Below the pieces are notes generated by a model. The model ran no database searches. It worked only from the letters and a program-made list of their open reading frames with translations, and was not told the origin of the DNA. From a virus (lineage: Duplodnaviria > Caudoviricetes), in the IMG/VR virus record IMGVR_UViG_3300028045_000016, positions 1 to 57,630 of that record: a stretch of DNA of 57,630 bases, one strand, 5' to 3'. The position numbers were made by a program, and so were the translations under genes. Shown here piece after piece: positions 31,101 to 38,338 of the stretch; position 1 is the first letter of the stretch; the number at the start of each line of letters is the position of its first letter.

Positions 31101-34100
31101 AAGACAAGCCAAGAAGGGTGCAAGAGATTTACAGGCAGTAAAAACTCAGGTAAGAAACTTTATTCGTAAGTCTTTACCTAAAGAGATATACGATACTAAA
31201 GAAGTAATGGCTTTAATTAATGAAGTTACTGCTGCAGATACTTCCAATATAGATAACGTTATGGAAAGGGTTACAGAATTTGTAATCAAAACCAATGTTA
31301 AATCTTTGAAGAGAAAGATATCTCAAATCCTAAACGGAAAATATACTGAGGTTGTAAATAATAGAAAGAGACCAAAGAAAATTACAAGTGAAATTCTAAA
31401 AAGAATTGAATTTATTAAGAGCAATCTTCTTTCTGAGAAAGCTACACCTGAGGATATTGCAGAAGCAAACTTAGTTTTGTTGGCTAGATTTGATGAGTTG
31501 ATGGGTAAGCTTCAACAGACGGTAGCCGAGCAAGAAGAGATGGTTGATATTCAACTAGCTATGCAGTACAACAATGCACTAGGAATGGATAATGGTAACT
31601 CTCAAAAGGTTACTGAGTTAGATGGTGTTGCTAATACCTTAACGGAGTTAGTTAAATACGGTAGGTCTTTATTGAAAGAGGAACTATTAAAAATGCATCA
31701 GTATTACAACAAACAATTTGAGGAAGGGTACGAAGCCATAACAGAAACGAGGGTGGATATGACGGACCCTGATGCAAAGAGTGAATTGAATAACGTAAAG
31801 AGAAACCGTAAGTCAGACAGAAGAAAAAAGGAAGCGACTCGTGGTGTACTTAGAACATTCTTTAGTACTACCAAGAAGGGTATCTTTAATTTCATTGCCT
31901 CAGCAGAAGCATTAGATGGATTAATGATGAGGTTGGACAAACTTCCGGGTGAAATGTTTGGAGGAAGATTAAATGAAATGTTTACCGAAAGGATAGATGC
32001 ATCTTCTAGAATGTTTAAAGGAAGAATGTTATTAAACGAAACTGTAGTTCAAGATTTTCTTTTAGAAACTTATGGAAAAGGTTGGAAGAAAAAGTCAAGA
32101 GAGCACAGGGTAAGAGTAGACCACAACATACAGATAACTGATGGGGTTATGCTACCTGCTATGAGTCAAAACCAATTGGCTTACTTGTACAATATGTATA
32201 AGAATCCTGCTAACTTAGATTCATTTGCGAACCCTGAAATGTATGGTGTTGAGGTCATCAACAAGGAAGACTCAGCAAAAGAAAAGAACAGAAAGAAAAA
32301 AGAGAACAGAGCCAATGCAAGGAGAGTTATGTCTGAGATAGAATCAAAGATAGATGACGATGTTAAGACAGTTGCAGATTGGCAAGTAGAGGTTTTATAT
32401 CCTTCATTGTATAGTCACTATAATAAAACTTATAAGAAGCTTTATAGAACTGACTTGCCTTGGAATAACTACTACGCAGGTACCATCTACAGAGAAGGTA
32501 TTGCTGAGACAGAAACCGATGTAATGAATATCGTTGGTGCAGGTAATGTAATGAGAACTGCAGTTGGTGCTACTGCAACCAAGACTAGAATCAATAGTAC
32601 GCTACCAATAAGAGATATGGATATGATGGATGTGCTTAACACATACATTAATGAAATGGAATATGTAGCTGCCTATGGAGAAACAGTTAGGGATATGGAT
32701 AAGTTCTTTAAGAACAAGTATGTAAAGGATGCTATCATAGATATACACGGAGAAAATATCTACGGGTTTGTTAAAGATATGATAGAGAAGATTGCGACTA
32801 GAGGTACACAAACAGGATTGAAAGCTTCGGTAATAAACGGAATGAATAATGTTTTCATTTTGTCAAGACTTGCATTAAGTCCTGTGATTGCTATCAAGCA
32901 GCTTACGTCTACGTTTACTTATATGAATGATATAGGTCCTATCAATTGGTTGAAGTATGCAGCAAAGAATAAAACTCAACAACTAAAAGTTTGGAAAGAG
33001 GTTACTGCTAATTCTGTTTATATGCAAGACAGAAATAACCAAAGTATAATGAGAGCCATTGAAACCTACACGGATACTCAGATGAAAGAATTTATTCCTA
33101 GACCTGCAAAGGATTGGGCATTAAACTTTATGATGTATACTACAAAGTGGGGTGATAGAAATGCAATTATGTTAGGTGGTTTACCAAACTATTCTTACTA
33201 TAAGGCACAAGCTATTAAAGATGGAAAGAGTGAGCAGGAGGCAATTGATATTGCTATAAGAAAGTTTGAGAGAGATACAAAAAGAACTCAGCAATCTTCA
33301 GACCTTCAGGATAAAGATTTCTTACAGACAGGTGACCCAATAACTAGAGCATTAAATATGTTCTTGACAACACCAAAACAATATCTAAGAAAAGAAATTA
33401 TTGCGACAAGAGAACTGTATAGAATGGTTTCTAAGATGGATACTAAAGCAGGTAAAGGAACTCTAACTCAGAACCTAAGAACATTTGTAACGTATCATAT
33501 TTTTATGCCTGTGTTATTTCAATATGTATCTATGGGACTACCGGGATTACTTAGAGGCTTTAGAGACGATGATGATGAAGACCTAATAAGAGCAGCAGTC
33601 ATTGGTAACTTGAACGCTTTGTTCTTACTAGGAGAAGTTGTTACAATGGCAGGTGATTATTTAACGGACAAGCCTTGGGCAGGGAGTCAGTCAAAATCTG
33701 TAGGTGTGTTACAAATAGCAGGAAGCATTACTAGAAAGTTGGCAGCAGCAAGTAACACTAAGGACCCACAGAAAAGAGCAGATAACTTTATGAAAGTTTA
33801 TCTTGAGTTGGCTACCATAACAGGATTACCTGCACCAACAATTGCAAAGTTCTTTGACAACTACTCTAAGCTTGATGAAGGTGACCCGGGTGAAATGATA
33901 CTAAGGCTTTTGAATTACTCTAAGTATACAATAGAAGGTAGTAATAAATCAAAACGAAGTTCTACATCAAAAGTTAACTCGTCAGAAAAATATCTAAAGG
34001 ATTTAGAAAAAGCTGATAAAGAATTTTTGAAAGAACAAAAAGGTGAAAGTAAAAAGAAATCAGGCTTTGGTACAGGTGGCTTCGGTGGAGGTGGCTTTGG

Positions 34101-34134
34101 TACAGGTGGCTTCGGTGATGGAGGGTTTGATTAG
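25120..34134 (+). CDS. Giant polyvalent/ejection protein with zincin metallopeptidase and class I SAM methyltransferase domains
   Basis: 3004 aa. HEIFH at aa ~1033 with a downstream EE..AE, VLDFGAGLG and YDAIVSLNVLNVV methyltransferase motifs, helical C-terminal region with hydrophobic segments. Confidence 0.8.
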   Translation: MNDDLYSIMMEGAFADRAEFDAYVGQSTPEEIYELVMEGAFANFEEFNELYFKDGQVDEKVEDVKKKDESQNPFASSEEVVLPSMPGGTVDSSESESSSDTPEELDLTKDNYEQPVNEDINLTDASVEDPFSESVNNVINPDLLTDTEESVIPKMKNYFSQYGFTFKTADYLGDGMNIEAENGNKLYVNLDRASDFFSISDSQEDSAKELQAFLRDNRRENEEILNQAGVVVENQRKAYNEKEILETVKNFNKQAQGFENRVKEYALYKNKLDKYYEVKLSNVTKEQLENDEVLRANYEQWNKLNERATEMLSDLRVEDENFQIQGQQLDRMAGEYLEMRQDMGSYSGGFYNALLDGSARISAGVMDALIDGTTYALPNAGMSEKEYKNEIARVALENGDFPSGNYRETIPKEDIDENGMVTLKDPELGTDKKVSVSLFPSVFDLSKDEMVEILGGDTNDWKFVGNAINIALATGVPGPGGARIPVSPVGDITPKSAYDKAHSKVLDLARKGLKYEEGYDQAKSKDMQGGRYRNSYSSTATNADTSLGMLEATRDGLREVAGVKQTTKEWSDLEKQSFWGGALLGVTESLPAMLGGSSPVGWAQRTAQMYSQVTDHVNEEMEKDAAFDMISEAEKQSVKIPIGVAVGTLEAIGLRNVLRQKGFLNGVIGRAMARSNSKTTAKTFSEMIRQDVSSMIARGGLVITGAGAAEYETGFLQEAAELTIKDIYNDSKEKEMFKTPDTWQDWIRRVNRAGLQEAVGGFVLGAPRAMATAVSGLEVQSLDDRVFKMFEQVSKDPNYMNMYVTKLKQRIADTKDATTKKEAQEELDLVRQLQGALEQIPKEYNTKQKKEAIQLIFQKNKLDNEIQSEDKILSKPKQELLNKVNDRLAAIVGEVVIEQQQGRVNEQKIQDFEDGTTEVQNTTQVTPEEQNDIDEFFNEENDNSDVRADNLSINRNNKGGKNKNPFRNDVIRIAELGAKAIAKVLPDVKIVMHEDNEQFLKYAKLGQGRAEYNPDNKTIHVNLSSAKKTTVPHEIFHAVLMDKIKSDPAIAKAAETMLMSVRKVMPKGSELSERIERFAKGYEGDIVQNEERLAELIGILSSEYRTLTKPQKNIVVDFLKTIARTLGIEKVLAKYGVDVSSSEFGKTDADIVDLLNAISTKTRKGEALNQSDIQALETISKEQEQQEQQEEEQGSEGEVGTLQFPRQQIEIIDSPKVQNDPRPWVKELVQDVDVYTLDGRNFVTNMYDYTNAGLTELGNGYSINLLGGRNYVPIIMNKTGRKLGDVSNLAAFNTKSQAEGFIRNATEGKADLFAPHSGTLNGSWQFQQHIFESLVDLVLDEKILSKKKLIDAFNSGLQSKEGKSALEKFNNKNNSRLKNLNSFKGDPKALVTLLDIENNYSPDLRKILNQKIASDKTFQKAIGVKNLNEFHSRMTDPLNKGVVGGEIMSFVEFDPTTFEVAKTNPKDVDHHPSFGWVVKAKIKKIMQPSKFFKSYDVTDTYTKYNTDETVVSRKAEPNFAKSNVTSSAGAIPKVATVNRKQSSRQQKIDKALSKASGTTQVATTTGSYVKAANILNNLEIKGEVLDFGAGLGLGTDAMSKTLGSKVDSYEINPERWKGNKPVTYTKVEDINKKYDAIVSLNVLNVVPKGIRDGIVQDIYTNLKPGGTAVISTRGFKGDINSAKNFELGPEEKSYIIKRKKDGGIVDVYQKGFDGNELVEYIQDILGDKVKVAKKGGFGSRGVIVQKLDGAKPKGRQQKSIEEIARYYQMNTQGFFPKGVDLYRVKKLLPPGYSVKQSKFDQYGRGGSYYLVNSRGYKINPYKNKGRQQKEIEDYILEARSNNFKEGQIKDFLIRTKKFPAKLVNQMMEIDADLFESLPKSFGNIEGGQQAGIKLYQKIEAYKQKLTKNNKRRKNKLTQQEIVDKTIEFLEQQPEYIAEGDTYTVGSKKKGTQVTKTRKGLSLQQAQMLSDLQSSIDIRPSQNMGVKLAKARLFLRQAKKGARDLQAVKTQVRNFIRKSLPKEIYDTKEVMALINEVTAADTSNIDNVMERVTEFVIKTNVKSLKRKISQILNGKYTEVVNNRKRPKKITSEILKRIEFIKSNLLSEKATPEDIAEANLVLLARFDELMGKLQQTVAEQEEMVDIQLAMQYNNALGMDNGNSQKVTELDGVANTLTELVKYGRSLLKEELLKMHQYYNKQFEEGYEAITETRVDMTDPDAKSELNNVKRNRKSDRRKKEATRGVLRTFFSTTKKGIFNFIASAEALDGLMMRLDKLPGEMFGGRLNEMFTERIDASSRMFKGRMLLNETVVQDFLLETYGKGWKKKSREHRVRVDHNIQITDGVMLPAMSQNQLAYLYNMYKNPANLDSFANPEMYGVEVINKEDSAKEKNRKKKENRANARRVMSEIESKIDDDVKTVADWQVEVLYPSLYSHYNKTYKKLYRTDLPWNNYYAGTIYREGIAETETDVMNIVGAGNVMRTAVGATATKTRINSTLPIRDMDMMDVLNTYINEMEYVAAYGETVRDMDKFFKNKYVKDAIIDIHGENIYGFVKDMIEKIATRGTQTGLKASVINGMNNVFILSRLALSPVIAIKQLTSTFTYMNDIGPINWLKYAAKNKTQQLKVWKEVTANSVYMQDRNNQSIMRAIETYTDTQMKEFIPRPAKDWALNFMMYTTKWGDRNAIMLGGLPNYSYYKAQAIKDGKSEQEAIDIAIRKFERDTKRTQQSSDLQDKDFLQTGDPITRALNMFLTTPKQYLRKEIIATRELYRMVSKMDTKAGKGTLTQNLRTFVTYHIFMPVLFQYVSMGLPGLLRGFRDDDDEDLIRAAVIGNLNALFLLGEVVTMAGDYLTDKPWAGSQSKSVGVLQIAGSITRKLAAASNTKDPQKRADNFMKVYLELATITGLPAPTIAKFFDNYSKLDEGDPGEMILRLLNYSKYTIEGSNKSKRSSTSKVNSSEKYLKDLEKADKEFLKEQKGESKKKSGFGTGGFGGGGFGTGGFGDGGFD
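34063..34131 (+). repeat. 30-bp tandem repeat encoding a GFG-rich tail
   Basis: GGCTTTGGTACAGGTGGCTTCGGTG twice, giving GFGTGGFGGGGFGTGGFGDGGFD. Confidence 0.85.
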
Positions 34135-34547
34135 AAAGGAAGTTCAGAAGCAAGGGTGATAAGATTTATCCCCTTGCTCACATCTAACATCCCTATTTCT
34201 TTTGAAATGTTTTCTCTTTTTGAGAAGTCAGTTTGTTTTGGTAGTTCTTTTTCAACCCATTCAATCACTTGGTCTTTCAAATAAAAACCCCAAACACCTT
34301 TAGGTGTGGAGTTTATATAAACAGGATTAGGTTTAAGCATTAAGGAATCATACTTACCTCTCTCGATAATTAAAGTATCATAGTGCTTTCGCCTACACTT
34401 TAATTCTATATGCACATTATACATCTTAGAGTACCCATCATACCTATCTGTTTTAGTAGGGGGTGGTGTCAAGTCGCACACAAAGTGCTCTTTAATAAAT
34501 TCAAATAATTGTTTCTCTGTTGCAAATTGACTGTACTCATATGTCAT
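34131..34547 (-). CDS. PD-(D/E)XK nuclease-like protein
   Basis: RYDG...IELKCR motif. Confidence 0.6.
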   Translation of the reverse strand: MTYEYSQFATEKQLFEFIKEHFVCDLTPPPTKTDRYDGYSKMYNVHIELKCRRKHYDTLIIERGKYDSLMLKPNPVYINSTPKGVWGFYLKDQVIEWVEKELPKQTDFSKRENISKEIGMLDVSKGINLITLASELPF

Positions 34548-34731
34548 CCTCTGTTGAATCTAAAATGTCTTTTAGGGAGGACATCAAATGTTTTATTTCT
34601 TTTTTTAAAGTAGGAAAGTCTCTATCTATTAAGGACTCATATATTTCAGAAGTGGAGTCGTGAATATTATCCATCAGGTAATTGATGTGAGCAATACGTT
34701 CTTTATCATACGCTGACGGGTCTTGTGACAT
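34537..34731 (-). CDS. Hypothetical protein
   Basis: 64-aa helical ORF in a packed operon. Confidence 0.6.
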   Translation of the reverse strand: MSQDPSAYDKERIAHINYLMDNIHDSTSEIYESLIDRDFPTLKKEIKHLMSSLKDILDSTEDDI

Positions 34732-34734
34732 TTG

Positions 34735-34989
34735 CTATAGAGGTTCTTTTCTGTTCTTTTGGTCCATTGTTTGGAGGAATAAAACCCCCATATTGAAATT
34801 AATTGATTTGATTGCAGTATAGATTTTACGAGAAGTCTTCTTTACTTCTTCTCTTTCTTTTCTTGTTGAGTCTGTACCTAGGTTACAATACATAGAGCAG
34901 TCCATAAACAAAAGCTTATCCATTTTTCTTTTGTCGGACCAAGTCTTATAGTTAATTACCTTCTCAATTTCTGTGACTGTATATACCAT
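34735..34989 (-). CDS. Hypothetical protein
   Basis: 84-aa ORF in a packed operon. Confidence 0.65.
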   Translation of the reverse strand: MVYTVTEIEKVINYKTWSDKRKMDKLLFMDCSMYCNLGTDSTRKEREEVKKTSRKIYTAIKSINFNMGVLFLQTMDQKNRKEPL

Positions 34990-35527
34990 TGTACATTTGA
35001 TTTATCTTTAAGAGTACTCTGTCTTCTGTCCCGGGTCTTGTACGTTGCTCGATGCATTTAAATATATCATCAAACTTCTTAGACCTCTTGCCCTGTTCTG
35101 AGAGATTCTTCTTACAAAGTTCTAGTTCCGAAGATACTAATTCGTTTTTAATTCTCAAAGAAATTAATTCTTTTTTTAGTTCAACTTCTGATAGATAATA
35201 TATTGGGTCATACTCTCTATTAAACTCAGACTTTATTCTTTCATAACTGTTTCTGAATTGTACATCTGACTTAACATATCCATCAAAAGATTTGAAGTAA
35301 TGTAGTATTGTAGCGTGGTGCATCACCATTGACCTAGAGATTACACTACAACCATACCCGGCATCCCTTAATATGATAGCGTAAATCATCTTAGCATTTA
35401 CAATATGTTGAATCCTGCTCTTATCTTTTTGTACATCTACACCTGTTAGTGTTTTAATAATTTCCTGAAGATGTAAGAACTGTTTATCCTTCAGGTATAG
35501 TACATTCATTCTCTCCTGCTTGTCCAT
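34964..35527 (-). CDS. DnaA domain IV-like HTH protein with coiled coil
   Basis: KSRIQHIVNAKMIYAII..ISRSM..HHATILH resembles the DnaA C-terminal R...V.AR...DHTTV.H pattern. Confidence 0.65.
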   Translation of the reverse strand: MDKQERMNVLYLKDKQFLHLQEIIKTLTGVDVQKDKSRIQHIVNAKMIYAIILRDAGYGCSVISRSMVMHHATILHYFKSFDGYVKSDVQFRNSYERIKSEFNREYDPIYYLSEVELKKELISLRIKNELVSSELELCKKNLSEQGKRSKKFDDIFKCIEQRTRPGTEDRVLLKINQMYNGIYSHRN

Positions 35528-35861
35528 TTAAATATGATTTAATTGATTTCTTTTGATTTATAAAGTCTAGGTATTCGTCTACCTCAATTTCATTTAAGTC
35601 TATAAGTATTGTATTGTGTCCCTCTTCGTTTAAATATTCTATCCTAAAGAACAAAGGTTCAGCATCATCTCTATTGGTATTGATTACTCCGGCAACTTCT
35701 TGAGACCATCCACTTTGTTTTGGAAGTTCTGATAGTATAAGTATAGCTTGTCCAACAATTAAACTTGCCTCGTCTATAGTATACAATCCTAGTTGTTGAT
35801 AGAACCAATCATCTATTTCGTACTCTAATTTATCCTCTAAATATTTCAGTTGTAAATCCAT
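35484..35861 (-). CDS. Hypothetical acidic protein
   Basis: 125-aa ORF overlapping its neighbours. Confidence 0.6.
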   Translation of the reverse strand: MDLQLKYLEDKLEYEIDDWFYQQLGLYTIDEASLIVGQAILILSELPKQSGWSQEVAGVINTNRDDAEPLFFRIEYLNEEGHNTILIDLNEIEVDEYLDFINQKKSIKSYLNGQAGENECTIPEG

Positions 35862-36069
35862 ATTTCTCTAACTCTTTTAATCTATATTTTTGTAGTTCAG
35901 AGACCCTTCCTTTAGGGGTCTTAACTTCGCTGAAGATTACATTAGAGTTCGGAGGTATAGCGAGTAGGTCAGGGATACCATTCTTATTTGTCTTAACTAA
36001 TTTTAATACATAATATCCTTCTGCTTCTAACTGTTTTATTCTTTTAGCTTGTATCTGTTGTTCGGTCAT
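35830..36069 (-). CDS. VRR-NUC domain nuclease
   Basis: EQQIQ..GIPDLL..FSEVKTPKGRVSELQ. Confidence 0.85.
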   Translation of the reverse strand: MTEQQIQAKRIKQLEAEGYYVLKLVKTNKNGIPDLLAIPPNSNVIFSEVKTPKGRVSELQKYRLKELEKYGFTTEIFRG

Positions 36070-36248
36070 CCGTTTTGTCTATAGTCTTCAAAGAAGCCAA
36101 TGGCTACTATGAGGTTCATACTTATTGATGATGCAACTTCTATTGCCTCGTGATAGTTGTGAATGGATAGGTGTATGTGACCTACAATCCAAAAAGGGAT
36201 AGCTAGGTTTTGACTTATCCAAACTACCAAGAACCTAATGAATCTCAT
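36066..36248 (-). CDS. Small membrane protein
   Basis: 60 aa with two hydrophobic segments. Confidence 0.55.
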   Translation of the reverse strand: MRFIRFLVVWISQNLAIPFWIVGHIHLSIHNYHEAIEVASSISMNLIVAIGFFEDYRQNG

Positions 36249-36261
36249 AAGACAAATATAA

Positions 36262-36675
36262 TTAATCTTTCTTTATAGTATACAACTCATCCTGCTCATA
36301 ATAGTATAACATTAACTCTTTATCATTAGCAGAACCCGGTCTTGGTTTTCTCCCACCAATGGTAGCTTCTGCAATAAGGTTCTTTGTGTTACCGTAGATT
36401 AACCCATCATAACAATCCCATATTACAATTGATTGCTCACCTTTATCTACAAGCTTAACCATTTTTCTAGCAGCAACAGGTAGTGGATACGCATCTATCA
36501 TTGCTCTATTCCTTCCTTTAACTTCAACATAACATACCTTACCATCCCTTGTTACTTTGTAGTCTACATCATACCTGTCTAACTTCTTCCACTTTGCAAG
36601 AAACTTTTTACAGAACAATGCTATAGCTAAATGTTCTCTTTCTAAATCTTCTTTAGTTTCAAATCTCTTACTCAT
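36262..36675 (-). CDS. PD-(D/E)XK nuclease-like protein
   Basis: E..ED..RE, VDY...YVEVKGR. Confidence 0.6.
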   Translation of the reverse strand: MSKRFETKEDLEREHLAIALFCKKFLAKWKKLDRYDVDYKVTRDGKVCYVEVKGRNRAMIDAYPLPVAARKMVKLVDKGEQSIVIWDCYDGLIYGNTKNLIAEATIGGRKPRPGSANDKELMLYYYEQDELYTIKKD

Positions 36676-38144
36676 AATGTTTGTTTAAAATGATTAACCG
36701 TGAAGTCCTTCTTCTTTGATACGGCTTTATAGATGTCGTTTTCAATTCCACCTTTTGCAAAAATCCAATAGATATCAGACTCTAATCTTTCCTTAGTTGT
36801 CATCCTATCTCTTGATTGCCAATAGCTTGTTGCACTAAAGTCTATGTTGTAGTATACAAGTGCCTCTGCCTTTCGTAAGGATATACCCTCACGACCTGAT
36901 ACAATTTGTAACGCTATAGACTTACCGGTGTTATCAAAGTCTTCAAGTTCTGTACACAGTTGGTCACCGTATATTTTTTTTAAAGCGTTTAGTTCTTCTT
37001 TAAATTTATAAAAGATTCCAATCTTTACATCTCCAAAGTTGTCGTGTATGTATTGAGCCTTACTGTAATCTATAATTTTAGAGTTACCTGATTCAAACTT
37101 AACGGTTCCTGAATATAATTGATGAAGCTTCATCATTAGTTTTACAGGGGTATCTGCTAATATGGTTTCATCCTTACCCTCTATCACTAGATTTCTTTTT
37201 AACTGAGCCGTAAGCTTGTATGTAATCGGCTCAACATCTACCTCAAGGATATGCTCACGAGTATCAACCTTAAACCCTGCTTGTTTCTGAGAGAAAGATA
37301 TTGTGTAAGGCTTCATACTTTCAAGTATCGTAGGTAGTCCATCCGTGTAATCGTTTATGTAAAGAGAATTGATTTTTCTTTGCTTAACATTTACATACTG
37401 TTTAGAAAACTTATAAAAGTTTACAAAAGATTTAAATGGATTTCCTTCTATCCCATAAACCTGATGAAACATTTGACTGTATGATTCAGGTGTTGGGGTT
37501 CCTGATAGTAAAATTACATTGGGGTTCTTAGATAAAGACAACAATTGTTTTACTTGCTTGGCTCTCTTGCTTGGTTTAGGAAACGCACCCATACTGTGAG
37601 CCTCATCAAGTATAACTAAATCAAAAACACCTTCTACCTTGTGCAATGATTCATAGTTTATAACTACAATATCGAAGTCAGGTTTTAAAGCTAGGTAATC
37701 ATTCTGAATACTGCTTATTGCTTTCTTCTTGGTTACAAATAACACATTCTTTTTATTCATTAGCCTTCCAATTCCTAAACTCGTTAAGGTTTTTCCGGTC
37801 CTAACTTCCATTGTTAAATAAAGGAATCCGTGCTTAGTAAGGATGTGTGAGCCTTCAACAATTATTTTATTTTGGTAATCTCTAAATGTAATCTGTGATG
37901 GGTCTTTCATTTTTTCTTTATAATATTTTAAACTTTGAATCGCCCTGTCGTCCACCTCTTGTATGACATCATACTTTCTTACCTCTATAAACTTTGCGTT
38001 CTTACCTCTACCTACCTTTTGTTTTGTGGTTTTAAAAACAATATCGTGAAGAAGTTTTGATTGGTTATACATCATCTCATCCGAGAACCCGGTGATTCTA
38101 GTCATTACTGATGGGTGTCTAGGTATGTTTTTATGGCTATACAT
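36672..38144 (-). CDS. SF2 (SNF2-like) helicase
   Basis: FRDYQ, Walker A EVRTGKT, DEAH, LSGTP, SGREGISL, QSRDR. Confidence 0.9.
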   Translation of the reverse strand: MYSHKNIPRHPSVMTRITGFSDEMMYNQSKLLHDIVFKTTKQKVGRGKNAKFIEVRKYDVIQEVDDRAIQSLKYYKEKMKDPSQITFRDYQNKIIVEGSHILTKHGFLYLTMEVRTGKTLTSLGIGRLMNKKNVLFVTKKKAISSIQNDYLALKPDFDIVVINYESLHKVEGVFDLVILDEAHSMGAFPKPSKRAKQVKQLLSLSKNPNVILLSGTPTPESYSQMFHQVYGIEGNPFKSFVNFYKFSKQYVNVKQRKINSLYINDYTDGLPTILESMKPYTISFSQKQAGFKVDTREHILEVDVEPITYKLTAQLKRNLVIEGKDETILADTPVKLMMKLHQLYSGTVKFESGNSKIIDYSKAQYIHDNFGDVKIGIFYKFKEELNALKKIYGDQLCTELEDFDNTGKSIALQIVSGREGISLRKAEALVYYNIDFSATSYWQSRDRMTTKERLESDIYWIFAKGGIENDIYKAVSKKKDFTVNHFKQTL

Positions 38145-38338
38145 TTTTCAAAATCTTCTACCTCGGAGAAGTAGGTTAATAAATTTTCTAAATCTGTTCT
38201 TGTTGGTACTCGCTTCAATGCGTTATGAGCAAACACAACAACGTCACCTTCATCCTGATGTATCTCATCTATATCATATCCTAAAATAATAACACGAAAT
38301 GAGTTGACATAGGCTTTGTCTAGTTGTTCTTCTGTCAT
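38105..38338 (-). CDS. Hypothetical protein (UVR-like C-terminal motif)
   Basis: EVEDFEKCIAIK resembles the UVR-type E.FE.AA.IRD motif. Confidence 0.55.
   Translation of the reverse strand: MTEEQLDKAYVNSFRVIILGYDIDEIHQDEGDVVVFAHNALKRVPTRTDLENLLTYFSEVEDFEKCIAIKTYLDTHQ

Noticed and set aside
25120-34134. Virion RNA polymerase as in crAss-like or N4 phages
   Set aside because: I saw no DxDxD/DFDID-type catalytic motif, and promoters match the host sigma consensus.
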